Of a DNA stretch of 64,000 bases, positions 10,141-21,100 are shown one piece after another. The notes below the pieces were generated by a model. That model searched no databases. It had not been told where the DNA came from and saw only the letters and a list, made by a program, of their open reading frames with translations. The position numbers were made by a program, and so were the translations under genes. This DNA is from Fibrobacteria bacterium. GTDB lineage: Bacteria > Fibrobacterota > Chitinivibrionia > Chitinivibrionales > FEN-1185. The stretch spans positions 32,001 to 96,000 of the forward strand of contig JBBIGR010000006.1 in NCBI GenBank assembly GCA_037447435.1, given 5' to 3'. Within the stretch, counting starts at the first letter, position 1. Every line of letters starts with the position of its first letter.

Positions 10141-11439
10141 ATGATTTGGAACAAAGAATTCGAGACAATGAGCAGGAAACAACTTACGTTACTTCAAAGT
10201 AAGCGGCTTTCATCATTGGTGAGAAAGATCTATGCGACAAACCCTTTCTACAAAAGCAAGATGGACGCTGCCGGCATAAAACCGTCCCGGATCAAAGACA
10301 TTAAAGACATTGCCGCATTGCCGTTCATCACCAAAGACGAAATGCGGACCGTGTATCCGTACGGATTGCTCGCCTGCCCTGTTGACAACATCGTAGAAGT
10401 GCATACGTCGTCGGGCACGACGGGAAAACCCGTTGTCGATGCGTACACAAAAAAGGACATAGACCTTTGGGGCGAAGTCATGGCACGGACGCTTTCGATG
10501 GGAGACACGACAAAATCCGATAGGGTTCAAAACGCATACGGGTATGGGCTTTTTACCGGCGGTCTCGGCGTACATTACGGGACACGGAAAATAGGCGCCA
10601 TGGTCATCCCCATTTCCGGGGGCAATACGAACCGGCAACTGCAAATCATGCAGGATTTCGGATCCACTGTTCTTACTTGTACACCATCATACAGCCTTTA
10701 CATGGCCGAAGCAGCCAAAGAAATGGGTATCGATTTTAAAAAATTGCCGCTTAAAACCGGACTTTTCGGCGCAGAGCCTTGGAGCGAAAACATGCGGAAG
10801 GAAATCGAGGAAACCCTTCACATAAAAGCTATCGATATTTACGGTTTGACCGAAATCATCGGACCCGGAGTCGCGGCAGAATGCGAACGGCAGAATATGC
10901 TTCATGTGTTTGAAGACCATTTCTTCCCTGAAATCATTGATCCGAAAACCCAAGAACCCCTACCCGACGGTGAAAAAGGAGAATTGGTATTCACCACCAT
11001 CACCAAGGAAGGCACCCCGCTTATCCGGTACCGAACCCGGGACATTACGTATTTAAGCCATGAAAAATGCGGATGCGGCAGAACGCACGTGCGCATGCAC
11101 AGGATTTTGGGACGCACCGACGACATGCTGATTATCCGCGGAGTCAATGTTTTTCCTTCCCAGATCGAAGAAGTTTTGCTCCGTATGGACGGCATCGAAC
11201 CTCATTACCAGCTCATTGTCGAACGAAAAGGCAATCTCGATTGTCTCGAAGTGCAGGTGGAAGTGAATGAATCCGTGTTTTCGGATGAAATCCGGGGCCT
11301 CGAAGTTCGCGAAAAGAAAATCGAACACGCGTTGCACGAAGCCCTATTGATAAGTGCAAAAGTCAAATTGGTTGAACCCAAGACTATTGCAAGAAGCGAA
11401 GGAAAAGCGAAACGAATTATAGACAAACGCGTTATATAA
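10141..11439 (+). CDS. paaK: Phenylacetate-CoA ligase family (paralog 1)
   Basis: [66 protein letters not shown]. Confidence 0.93.
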   Translation: MIWNKEFETMSRKQLTLLQSKRLSSLVRKIYATNPFYKSKMDAAGIKPSRIKDIKDIAALPFITKDEMRTVYPYGLLACPVDNIVEVHTSSGTTGKPVVDAYTKKDIDLWGEVMARTLSMGDTTKSDRVQNAYGYGLFTGGLGVHYGTRKIGAMVIPISGGNTNRQLQIMQDFGSTVLTCTPSYSLYMAEAAKEMGIDFKKLPLKTGLFGAEPWSENMRKEIEETLHIKAIDIYGLTEIIGPGVAAECERQNMLHVFEDHFFPEIIDPKTQEPLPDGEKGELVFTTITKEGTPLIRYRTRDITYLSHEKCGCGRTHVRMHRILGRTDDMLIIRGVNVFPSQIEEVLLRMDGIEPHYQLIVERKGNLDCLEVQVEVNESVFSDEIRGLEVREKKIEHALHEALLISAKVKLVEPKTIARSEGKAKRIIDKRVI

Positions 11440-11454
11440 TCTAAAGGAGCTTTT

Positions 11455-11886
11455 ATGAATATTCAGCAGATATCTGTATTTTTGGAGAACAAACCCGGAC
11501 GGCTCGCCCATGTCGCGGAAGTGCTGAAGAATAATTCCATAAATATTCGCGCATTAACCATAGCAGACACGTCGGATTTCGGTATTCTCAGGATGATCGT
11601 CAGCAATCCGGAACAGGGTTATGAAGTGTTGAAAAAGGCCGGATTCACGGTTAAGGTCAATACGATACTCGCGGTTGAAATTGACGACCGCGAAGGACTG
11701 TTTTACGACCTCATGAACCTCTGCGATAAGAACGGCCTTAACGTGGAATACACCTATTCCTTTGTCGAACAGTCGTCGAACAAGGCGATTTTATTTTTGC
11801 GCATAGAGAACTCCGATAAAGCAATAGAGGTTTTTTCCAAGAACGGATATAAATTGCTTACCGCCAACGAAGCGAAAAAGATTTAG
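11455..11886 (+). CDS. ACT-domain (amino-acid-binding) protein
   Basis: QISVFLENKPGRLA...INIRALTIADTSDFGILRMIV; tandem ACT protein typical downstream of paaK. Confidence 0.9.
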   Translation: MNIQQISVFLENKPGRLAHVAEVLKNNSINIRALTIADTSDFGILRMIVSNPEQGYEVLKKAGFTVKVNTILAVEIDDREGLFYDLMNLCDKNGLNVEYTYSFVEQSSNKAILFLRIENSDKAIEVFSKNGYKLLTANEAKKI

Positions 11887-11929
11887 TACTCTTTCGCCCG
11901 TGTAACCCTTTTTCATTGAGGAGGTTTTC

Positions 11930-13087
11930 ATGTCAAAACGCCTTGTTGTTGCCGTTGCGAGCGCCTGTCTACTTGCGATGCGATCTCTTTCGTTTTGCGC
12001 AGATGCAAAAGCAACGGAGCCGCTTAAAATCGGCGCAATATTCGCAATAACCGGTCCGGCATCGTTTCTCGGAGCACCGGAAGACAAAACAGCAAGAATG
12101 GTTGTCGACGACATTAATGCGAAAGGCGGAATAAAGGGGCAAAAACTGGTCCTTGTCATAAAAGATTCGCAGGGAAGCCCTGAAAAAGCGGTATCGTTTG
12201 CAAAACAATTGATCGAAGAAGAAAAAGTATTTGCCATCATCGGCCCATCGACCAGCGGCGAAACCATGCAAATCAAGGCCCTCTGCGACGAAAGCAAAAC
12301 ACTGCTTTTATCGTGCGCAGCGGCGGAAGTGATTGTCAATCCGTTGGCCAAATACGTTTTTAAAACGCCGCAAAAGGACAGTGATGCGGCCCGCAAGATT
12401 TTTGCCGAATTGCAAAAAATGAAAATCGACAAAATCGCGGTCATGTCGAGCAATACGGGGTTTGGGAAAGCCGGAAAAGAACAACTTGAAAAACTCGCTC
12501 CCGAATACAAAATCCAGGTCGCTCTTAGCGAAGTGTACGAAAAAGACGCCACCGATTTGACCGGGGTTCTCACAAAAGTCAAAGCCGCAAACGTGGGCGC
12601 GATCGTGAACTGGTCGATAGAACCTGCCCAGGCGATTTTGGCGAAAAACATGAAGCAGCTCGGCTTCACCATGCCGCTTTTCCAAAGCCATGGCTTCGGC
12701 AATATCCGCTATGTCAAAGAGGCCGGCGCTGCTGCGGAAGGGATTATTTTTCCCGCAGGCCGTTTACTCGTAGCCGAAGGACTTGCCAAGGACCATCCGC
12801 AAAAAACGCTGTTGGAAAAATACAAAAAAGATTACGAATCGAAATATAAAGAGGATGTCAGTACGTTTGGCGGCCACGCCTACGATGCCGTTACTATTCT
12901 TGCCAAAGCAATTGAATTGGCCGGTCCGAACAAGGAAAAAGTCCGCGATGCCATCGAATCGATTAAAAACCTTGTCGGTACCGCAGGCATTTATAATTTT
13001 TCGGCAACCGATCATAACGGCCTCGATATCAACGCATTTCAAATGTTGACGGTAAAAGACGGAAAATTCGTGGTTTACACAAAGTAA
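11930..13087 (+). CDS. HAAT/Liv-family ABC transporter substrate-binding protein
   Basis: LKIGAIFAITGPASFLG, INAKGGIKGQKL, IIGPSTSG, HAYDA; signal peptide. Confidence 0.9.
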   Translation: MSKRLVVAVASACLLAMRSLSFCADAKATEPLKIGAIFAITGPASFLGAPEDKTARMVVDDINAKGGIKGQKLVLVIKDSQGSPEKAVSFAKQLIEEEKVFAIIGPSTSGETMQIKALCDESKTLLLSCAAAEVIVNPLAKYVFKTPQKDSDAARKIFAELQKMKIDKIAVMSSNTGFGKAGKEQLEKLAPEYKIQVALSEVYEKDATDLTGVLTKVKAANVGAIVNWSIEPAQAILAKNMKQLGFTMPLFQSHGFGNIRYVKEAGAAAEGIIFPAGRLLVAEGLAKDHPQKTLLEKYKKDYESKYKEDVSTFGGHAYDAVTILAKAIELAGPNKEKVRDAIESIKNLVGTAGIYNFSATDHNGLDINAFQMLTVKDGKFVVYTK

Positions 13088-13117
13088 TTTTCACACTTTT
13101 TATCCTTAAGTAATAGC

Positions 13118-13150
13118 CGACATCCGCGTCCGACTTGGCCGTGGATGTCG
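13118..13150 (+). other. Intercistronic stem-loop after the binding-protein gene
   Basis: CGACATCCGCG-N11-CGTGGATGTCG with no U-tract; likely an mRNA-stability or stoichiometry hairpin. Confidence 0.6.
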
Positions 13151-13197
13151 AATTTAAAACGTCCCGATTTCAATTTCAAACATCCCTCGAGTAATGA

Positions 13198-14088
13198 ATG
13201 TCCTTTGCGTTGATTTTACAATATTTGCTATCGGGTATAACAACCGGCAGCATTTACGCTATTGTGGCAATCGGTTTTAATATCATTTACAATACCACGG
13301 GGATCATCAATTTCGCCCAAGGCGAATTCCTGATGATCGGAGCGATGACGGCGATTTCCTTTTCCGCATTCATGCCCTTGCCTGCCGCGATCGGTTGCGC
13401 CGTTTGTATCACTGCCTTGGTCGGCGCATTGGTTGAAATCCTGTTCATCCGCTGGCTCAAGAATCCTTCGGTTTTACGGATGATAATAATTACGATCGGG
13501 GTTTCGATCCTTTTACGGGAAGCCGGCCTTCACATTTGGGACGAAAAAGTGCGGTCGCTTCCCTATTTCACCGGAAACGAATGCTCGTCGATTTCGTTTA
13601 TGGGCGCCCATATTTCACCGCAAGTCGTGTGGGTGTTATCGGTATGCGCAGCCATGGTTTTACTATTGACTCTGTTTTTCAAATACACCCTGACCGGCAA
13701 ATCGATGCGCGCATGTTCCGCAAACAGACGAGCTGCAATTTTATGCGGCATTAATGCAAAAAACATGGTCACCTTGTCGTTTATGATAAGCGCCGCCATA
13801 GGCGCATTGGCCGGATGCGTTATTTCTCCCCTTACGCAAACCCATTATGATTGCGGCGCCCCGCTTGCGATAAAGGGATTTATCGTCGCGATTTTAGGCG
13901 GACTCGGTAACACGACCGCTGCCGTTGTTGCCGGATTGCTCCTTGGCATCATAGAAGCCGCAAGCATCAGCGTTATGCCCGTTGCCTATAAGGATGTGAT
14001 ATCGATTACCGTGCTTTTAGCGATTCTTTTTTTTAAACCTTCAGGGTTGTTCGGTAACAAGGAAGCAGGACGATTAAAGGAATTTTGA
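13198..14088 (+). CDS. livH: Liv-family ABC permease
   Basis: GSIYAIVAIGFNII...INFAQGEF, TGKSMRA, AILGGLG. Confidence 0.9.
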   Translation: MSFALILQYLLSGITTGSIYAIVAIGFNIIYNTTGIINFAQGEFLMIGAMTAISFSAFMPLPAAIGCAVCITALVGALVEILFIRWLKNPSVLRMIIITIGVSILLREAGLHIWDEKVRSLPYFTGNECSSISFMGAHISPQVVWVLSVCAAMVLLLTLFFKYTLTGKSMRACSANRRAAILCGINAKNMVTLSFMISAAIGALAGCVISPLTQTHYDCGAPLAIKGFIVAILGGLGNTTAAVVAGLLLGIIEAASISVMPVAYKDVISITVLLAILFFKPSGLFGNKEAGRLKEF

Positions 14089-14140
14089 CGAAATCCTATA
14101 GAAAGTTACTTGATTTTAAATAGTTATTTTTATTAAAAAT

Positions 14141-15187
14141 ATGAAACGATATCTCCCTCTATTTTTTATTATTGCGGCGGTCATTGCCATCCAAGTTTGG
14201 GTTACGGCTTGCGATAAATCGTTTTACCTTACCCAGCTTACCATGTCGGCATACTATACGATCGTCGTCATCGGATTATGCATGCTCATGGGGTATGCGG
14301 GACAAATTTCTCTTGGACATGCGGGATTTTTTGCGATCGGCGGTTATTGCAGTGCGGCATTGTCGGGGGCCGATTGTACCGTATTCTCCCATTCCGCAAC
14401 GGGAAATCTTTTTGTCAAGCTCGGCCTGCTCATGGTAAAACAGGATTTATACGGATCCAGCCTCGTTCAATTGCACCCCTGGATCTGCTTTGGTGCCGCA
14501 ATTTTGATCACGATTTTCATTGCGTATCTCATCGGTATGCCCGTGCTTCGGCTCAAAGGCCATTATCTGGCAATGGCAACCCTCGGGTTCGGTTCCATCA
14601 TTTACAAAATAGTGCTGGGCACCAAGGTTTTCGGCGGCGCGGACGGCCTTTCGGGCGTTAGCCCGTTCGAAATCACCAAAGGTTTTTCCATTTGCGGCAG
14701 CATGGCGATGCGCGTTCCCAATTATTATTTCGCCTGGCTTTTAGTAATACTGGCCGCTTTATTTATGCAAAACCTCCTTCATTCACGCGCAGGACGCGCT
14801 TTACGTGCGATTCACGGAAATGAAGAAGCGGCAAACGCAATGGGAATAGATACCGCACGGTACAAACTTAATTTGTTCGTCATCAGCGCCGTTTTCGCCT
14901 CCGTAGCCGGAATATTCCTCACCCATTTCAACGGCGGCATCGGACCATCGGAAGCTTCGACCATGAAATCAGTCCGTTATGTCTCCATGGTCGCGGTAGG
15001 CGGAATGGCCAACTTATGGGGCAGTATACTCGCGGGTATCGGATTGAATTTTCTTTCGTTGCGCGGATATTTCGGCAGTTTCGACGAAGCGGTTTTCGGC
15101 GTTATTCTGGTCGTCATCATGCTTTTTGCCCCAAACGGTATACTTTTCAAACCCGGCATACCGTGGAAACGAAAAGGGGAAAATTGA
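14141..15187 (+). CDS. livM: Liv-family ABC permease
   Basis: GYAGQISLGHAGFFAIGGY, LRLKGHYLAMATLGF, GRALRAIHGNEEAANAMG. Confidence 0.9.
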   Translation: MKRYLPLFFIIAAVIAIQVWVTACDKSFYLTQLTMSAYYTIVVIGLCMLMGYAGQISLGHAGFFAIGGYCSAALSGADCTVFSHSATGNLFVKLGLLMVKQDLYGSSLVQLHPWICFGAAILITIFIAYLIGMPVLRLKGHYLAMATLGFGSIIYKIVLGTKVFGGADGLSGVSPFEITKGFSICGSMAMRVPNYYFAWLLVILAALFMQNLLHSRAGRALRAIHGNEEAANAMGIDTARYKLNLFVISAVFASVAGIFLTHFNGGIGPSEASTMKSVRYVSMVAVGGMANLWGSILAGIGLNFLSLRGYFGSFDEAVFGVILVVIMLFAPNGILFKPGIPWKRKGEN

Positions 15188-15188
15188 C

Positions 15189-15953
15189 ATGGATCTACTC
15201 GAAGTCCGCAAACTTCACCGCAGTTTCGGCGGTCTGCATGCGGTAAACGACGTCAGTTTTACCGTTAAGAAAGGCTCCGTCAAAGGGATCATAGGCCCGA
15301 ACGGGGCCGGTAAAACGACATTGTTCAATCTCATTGCCGGGGCGACAAAAGCGGACAGCGGGACCATCGTGTTTAACGAAAAACCGGTACACGACAAACC
15401 GTGCCACGAAATTGCGCGATTAGGAATCATGAGGACCTTTCAAAACATCAAACTTTTCTCAAAAATGACCTGCCTTGAAAACGTCATGGTCGGAAGACAT
15501 GTGAAAAGTAAAGCGGGCATGGCCGCCGGTTTTTTGAATACGCCCGCAACCTGGCGGGAAGAAAAAGAAATACGGGAGATCGCTCTTGCGAAGATGGAAA
15601 TACTCGGCATTCCCCATTTGGCCGACACCGACGCTCAAAGCCTTGCTTTCGGACAACAACGCCATGTCGAATTGGCCCGGGCGCTTGCCGGAGAGCCCCG
15701 CTTATTATTGCTCGATGAACCGGCCGCCGGCCTTAACATGCAGGAAACGGAGGAGCTCGGAAAAACAATAGCGGCGATTAAAGACCTCGGGATCACGATT
15801 CTTTTGGTGGAACACGACATGTCGCTTGTCATGAGCGTTTCCGATGAAATCAACGTCCTCTGTTTCGGGCAGGTGATTGCCCAGGGCTCGCCCCGGGATA
15901 TACAGAAAAACCCTGAAGTTATCCGGGTATATTTGGGGGACGACAATGCTTAA
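15189..15953 (+). CDS. livG: Liv-family ABC ATPase
   Basis: FGGLHAV, Walker A GPNGAGKTT, RTFQ, LLLLDEPAAG, VEHDM; start MDLLEV. Confidence 0.92.
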   Translation: MDLLEVRKLHRSFGGLHAVNDVSFTVKKGSVKGIIGPNGAGKTTLFNLIAGATKADSGTIVFNEKPVHDKPCHEIARLGIMRTFQNIKLFSKMTCLENVMVGRHVKSKAGMAAGFLNTPATWREEKEIREIALAKMEILGIPHLADTDAQSLAFGQQRHVELARALAGEPRLLLLDEPAAGLNMQETEELGKTIAAIKDLGITILLVEHDMSLVMSVSDEINVLCFGQVIAQGSPRDIQKNPEVIRVYLGDDNA

Positions 15954-16680
15954 AGTGAGAAGCGTAGAATCGGGTTACGGCAAACTGAAGGTTTTGACAA
16001 ACGTTTCCCTGCACGTCGGCAAAGGTGAAATAGTCGGGATCATCGGTGCGAACGGGGCCGGAAAAACGACGTTGCTCCATACGATTTCACAAGTAATAAA
16101 ACCGCAGTGCGGAGAAATCCGTTTTAACGATATTCCCATCACGACGATCGCACCGCACAAAACCAACTCGCTCGGTTGCGTCCTTGTCCCGGAGGGAAGA
16201 CAGGTTTTTGCCCCGATGACCGTGGCGGAGAACCTGCTCCTCGGCGCATATTCGCTGTATAAAAAAGGCAAAAAGGAATGCGTTACGGAAGAATTATCAA
16301 AAGTCTACGGACTCTTTCCCGTATTAAAACAGAGACACGCCCAATTAGCGGGCACTTTGTCGGGCGGAGAGCAACAAATGCTTGCCATCGGCCGCGCATT
16401 GATGGCCAAACCATTATGTATAATGCTCGATGAGCCGTCTATGGGGTTGGCACCGCTCGTGGTAAAGGAGATTCTAACTGCGATCCGTACATTGCGCGAT
16501 ACAGGCACGACGATTTTGATTGTTGAACAAAATTCAAAAGCGGTGCTCGGCATTGCCGACCGGGGATACGTTTTGGAAACGGGATCCATCGTCCTTGAAG
16601 GCACTGCCCAAGACCTTTTGAATAACACCGAGGTCCAACGAGCCTATTTGGGCAAGGACTATACGCGGATAAATGAGTAA
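15946..16680 (+). CDS. livF: Liv-family ABC ATPase
   Basis: GANGAGKTT, VPEGRQVF, LSGGEQQMLAIGRALM, LDEPSMGLAP; overlaps the livG stop. Confidence 0.92.
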   Translation: MLKVRSVESGYGKLKVLTNVSLHVGKGEIVGIIGANGAGKTTLLHTISQVIKPQCGEIRFNDIPITTIAPHKTNSLGCVLVPEGRQVFAPMTVAENLLLGAYSLYKKGKKECVTEELSKVYGLFPVLKQRHAQLAGTLSGGEQQMLAIGRALMAKPLCIMLDEPSMGLAPLVVKEILTAIRTLRDTGTTILIVEQNSKAVLGIADRGYVLETGSIVLEGTAQDLLNNTEVQRAYLGKDYTRINE

Positions 16681-16689
16681 GGAGACCGT

Positions 16690-18000
16690 ATGACAGTCCA
16701 TCAACTAAGCGAAACGATGTCGAAACCCGATCTTTCCCAATTGCAAATTGAAAGATTGCAAACCACGCTCAACCGGGTGTATCGTAATGTCTCGTTTTAC
16801 AAACACGCACTCGATGAACATAAAATCCAAATCGACACAATCAGGAACCTTGCCGATATTCGGAACCTTCCCCTTACTTCCAAGGAAGATTTGCGAAAAA
16901 GCTATCCGTACGACATGTTCGCGTTGCCCTTGCGCGACGTTGTTCGCATTCATGCAAGCTCGGGAACAACGGGAAAGCCCATCGTGGTCGGCTATTCGCG
17001 AAACGACCTTGCCCATTGGGCCGATCTTGTCGCGCGGGAACTTTCGTGGGCGGGAATTACCGACCGGGATGTGGTGCAAATCGGTTTTGCGTACGGACTG
17101 TTTACCGGCGGATTGGGATATCAGGACGGCGCGGAAAAAATAGGCGCATCGGTTATTCCCGCTTCGAACCAAACCGCCATGTCGGATCTTTTCACCATAA
17201 TGAAGGATTTCAAAACATCGGCGCTTATTTGCTCCCCCACGACGGCATTGACGCTTGCGAGGTATATGAGATCGACGGGAATTCACCCTGAGCAACTTCA
17301 TATGAAACGGGGCATTATCGGGTCGGAACCGTGGAGCGAATCGGTGCGAACGGAAATAGAAGAAACGTTTCAGATCGAACTTTTCGACAGTTACGGTCTG
17401 AGCGAAATCATGGGTCCCGGCGTATCGGCAGAATGCGAATGCCATTGCGGATTGCATGTCAACGAGGACCATTTCATTGTCGAGGTTATCGACCCCAAAA
17501 CTTTAGAAAGCCTCGATGAAGGCGATGAAGGCGAACTGGTATTCACCACGATAACAAAAGAGGCCTTTCCGCTGATACGCTATCGAACCGGCGATCGCGG
17601 CAGCATTATTCCCGGTCCTTGCAAATGCGGAAGAACCTTTGTCAGAACAAGCAGGATAACCGGTCGAACCGACGATCTGATAATGCTGCAGGGGGCAAAG
17701 GTCTTTCCATTGCAGCTATTGAATACGGTGCATGAAACCAAGGGCATTGCGCCGCAATGCCAAATCATCATTTCGAAAACCGACGGCGCGGACGCGATTG
17801 AAATCAGAGTCGCCATCGAGTCGAATTACGAGCATATCGACGAAATCAAAATCCTTGAAAAGCTGAGAACCGACCTGGGAAAATCCGTCAAGGACCGTTT
17901 CGGCATCGGCGCAAAAATCACGTTCATGGAAGAAACAACGCTTATAAACGAGAACCGCGGAAAAAAGCAGCCGGTGGTCATCGACAAACGTTATTCGTAA
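16690..18000 (+). CDS. paaK: Phenylacetate-CoA ligase family (paralog 2, more divergent C-terminus)
   Basis: [40 protein letters not shown]. Confidence 0.88.
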   Translation: MTVHQLSETMSKPDLSQLQIERLQTTLNRVYRNVSFYKHALDEHKIQIDTIRNLADIRNLPLTSKEDLRKSYPYDMFALPLRDVVRIHASSGTTGKPIVVGYSRNDLAHWADLVARELSWAGITDRDVVQIGFAYGLFTGGLGYQDGAEKIGASVIPASNQTAMSDLFTIMKDFKTSALICSPTTALTLARYMRSTGIHPEQLHMKRGIIGSEPWSESVRTEIEETFQIELFDSYGLSEIMGPGVSAECECHCGLHVNEDHFIVEVIDPKTLESLDEGDEGELVFTTITKEAFPLIRYRTGDRGSIIPGPCKCGRTFVRTSRITGRTDDLIMLQGAKVFPLQLLNTVHETKGIAPQCQIIISKTDGADAIEIRVAIESNYEHIDEIKILEKLRTDLGKSVKDRFGIGAKITFMEETTLINENRGKKQPVVIDKRYS

Positions 18001-18048
18001 GCCACTATTTGTCCTTATTGATACGTGTGAAAGTATATTACTTCGTAC

Positions 18049-18077
18049 TTGACAAAACCTGTGCCTTCTTCTATACT
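18049..18077 (+). promoter_or_regulatory. Sigma70-type promoter
   Basis: TTGACA-17 nt-TATACT upstream of the surface-protein gene. Confidence 0.75.
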
Positions 18078-18132
18078 AAAGCATATGTGAATGCGGCCAT
18101 TTTTTTGCACGGCGATTAGCAATGAGCCCAAA

Positions 18133-21100
18133 ATGATTAAACAATGGTTTACGTCGGGTTTCGGACTTGCGGCACTTTTAGCATTGACCATGACGTGTTC
18201 GAATCCATCCTCCACATCAAATCCCGCATTATCCGTGATTTCTCCTGTAAAGGCATCAACCGTGGCTGCGGGCGATACGTGTTTGATAACATGGAATTAC
18301 GCGGGAACCGCCGATGCCGGCGTTATAATCGGCTTGTATAACGATACCGGACTTGTTTGCATTTTGGCAACCGGTTGTAAAAACAACGGGACATTTGCCT
18401 GGACCGTTAAATCGACCGTCCCTGCCGGCAATTCGTACCAGATTAAAATATCCGATGCATCCAACGCTTCAACTTTCGCCTACGGGCCGACCTTCTCCGT
18501 TGCAAATTCGATCGACGATTACGAACCCGACAACAATTCCGCAGCAGCAACACCGATAGACGTAAATGGAAATTTGCAGCATCATAGGATCGGCCCGGAC
18601 GCGGATTGGTTCTCATTTTCGGCAACAGCGTTAAAAACGTACTGCATCGGGATTCATGGATCCGTTATGCTGACGGTCAACCTTTATTCTTCCGATGCCG
18701 CGACGTCGATTCAGACCGGCAGCGTACCGTTGGAAAATCAACAACGGATATACTGGACATGCTCGACAAGCGGAAAATATTACTTTAAAATCACAAACTC
18801 CTATTCTCCTACCGAATACGATATCGACCTTCGTTCCGGAAACGGCATATTCTTCATCCAGAACCCGAATGCCTCGACCTCCATTATCCAAGGGAATAGT
18901 TATACCGTCCAATGGAAAAACTCTTCGAATATAACCGGGTTATTATCATTATATGCGTATCGAGGAGATTCCCTGATCGCAACAATCGCCTCCGAAATTA
19001 CAAATTATCTTCAATATAGCTGGCTTGTTCCCGCCGCCATGCCGGCGTCGTCGGAATACCGGCTTAAAATCATGAGCGACAAAGACTCGTCGGTTTTTGA
19101 ATACAGTGAAAAATTCTCCATCACGAAACCTGTTTACGGATTGTCAATTTTATATCCGACGTCATCGTCCCGTTACTCGTCCGGATCAACCGCCTCGATA
19201 CAATGGGGGTACTCTTATTCATCAGGCACGCTCGTAGGACTTTCATTGTTCGACAGTTCTACCTTTGTGTCGACGTTAAGTACCGGCTATTCACTTTCGT
19301 CCGGGTCTTTTTCATGGATAATCCCAAATGCCCTGCCGACTTCGAGCAAATACCGCATCAAAATGTTCATTATCGCAGACACGACCGTGTATGCCTGGAG
19401 CAACGATTTCTCGATCACCAAGGTCCCTTGTTCACTTTCGGTATATTCCCCGGCGATTGCCGCAAAATACAACTCGGGAACGTCGTGCCAAATATCCTGG
19501 TATTCGTCGGGGAACCTGGGATCGTATGCGTCGATTGACTTGTACGACAGCACGCGAAAAGTCGCAAATCTTAATGCATCGGCATATATTTCGAACGGAT
19601 ATTTTTACTGGACTATTCCCTTCTCCGTTCCGACATCATCGTCGTACAGAATAAAAATCACCAGCGTTACCGATACGGGCATTTATGCGTTCAGCAAATA
19701 TTTTTCGATCACGCAGCTACCTTCCGCATTTTCAATAACCAGTCCCACCGACACGACAAAATGGAACACGAACAGCAATTATGTAATCGGTTGGACCAAT
19801 ACCGGCGCAGCGGGACAATATATCTCGCTTAAATTATTCGACAGCACCTATTACGTATGCTCGATTGTTTCCAGTCAATACAATTCTTCGTCGACCGGAA
19901 CGTTGAACTGGCTTGTCCCCTATGCTTTGAATTCGTCTTCGAAATACAGAATCAAAATCAACGGCTCAACCGATACGACGAATTGCAATTTCAGTAAATA
20001 TTTTACCATTACCCATGTTCCGCCGGTATTGAAAGTAACCTTTCCCAAAAAAACCGATACTTTGGTTACGGGCACGTCATACAATATCAATTGGACCGCA
20101 GGCGGGTATCTGGGAACGTATGCAAAACTTGAGTTGTTCGACAGTACGAACCATTCGACATCACTCAATTCCAGCGTAATCGTATCATACTACACATCGT
20201 CATGGGTTGTACCGGTTGCAATGTTGCCGTCGACAAAATACCGCATCAAAATCACCAGCACGAGCGATACGACGGTCTATGCGTTTAGCGACACGTTCAC
20301 TATTGCCAAAGCTCCGACATCTTTAACTATTGTCAAACCCGACAGCCAGACGACCTGGACAAGCGGCATAACCAATACCATCAGCTGGACTTCTTCCGGT
20401 TACCTCGGCTCCTACGCACAAATTTCCCTGTACGACGGTACTGCTTTTAAATCGACGATCGCTTCTTCCACGTCGATATCGGCAAACTCCTATTCGTGGA
20501 CTATCCCGTTCGCCTGCCCGGCCTCATCAAATTACAGAATAAAAATAGCAAGCGTTATGGACTCAACGATTTATTGTATGAGCCGACCCTTTAGCGTTCT
20601 AAAAAATACCGCCACAACGACCATTGCGGTACCGAGCGCTGCATCGGTGTGGACTGCCGGAATGGTGTATGCCATAAACTGGACGAGTACGGCGAATTTT
20701 CCGGGCACCAATGTCTCGTTGACGCTATTCGATTCTACAAAGGAAAGTTACAGTATTTCGTTATCGACATTGCGTTCCACTAATTATTATTCTTGGCAAA
20801 TTCCGACGACCCTCGGTGGGAATAAATTCCGTATTCGCATTGCATCAACGTTCGACACAACCGCCAATTCCATGAGCGATTATTTTACCATAATACCCGT
20901 TCCGCCAAAAATTTCCTTCTCGGTGCCGAATTCCGCTACTTCCTGGTTTGTCGGATCATCGTATACGATATCCTGGGTTGCATCCGGAAAAGTCGGAGAC
21001 TCGTTGAATATCGACCTGTATGATTCGTTGACAAAATCCGCCACGATTACGACGGGAATAATTCCGTCGACGACACAATACTATTGGAATGTTCCGCCAG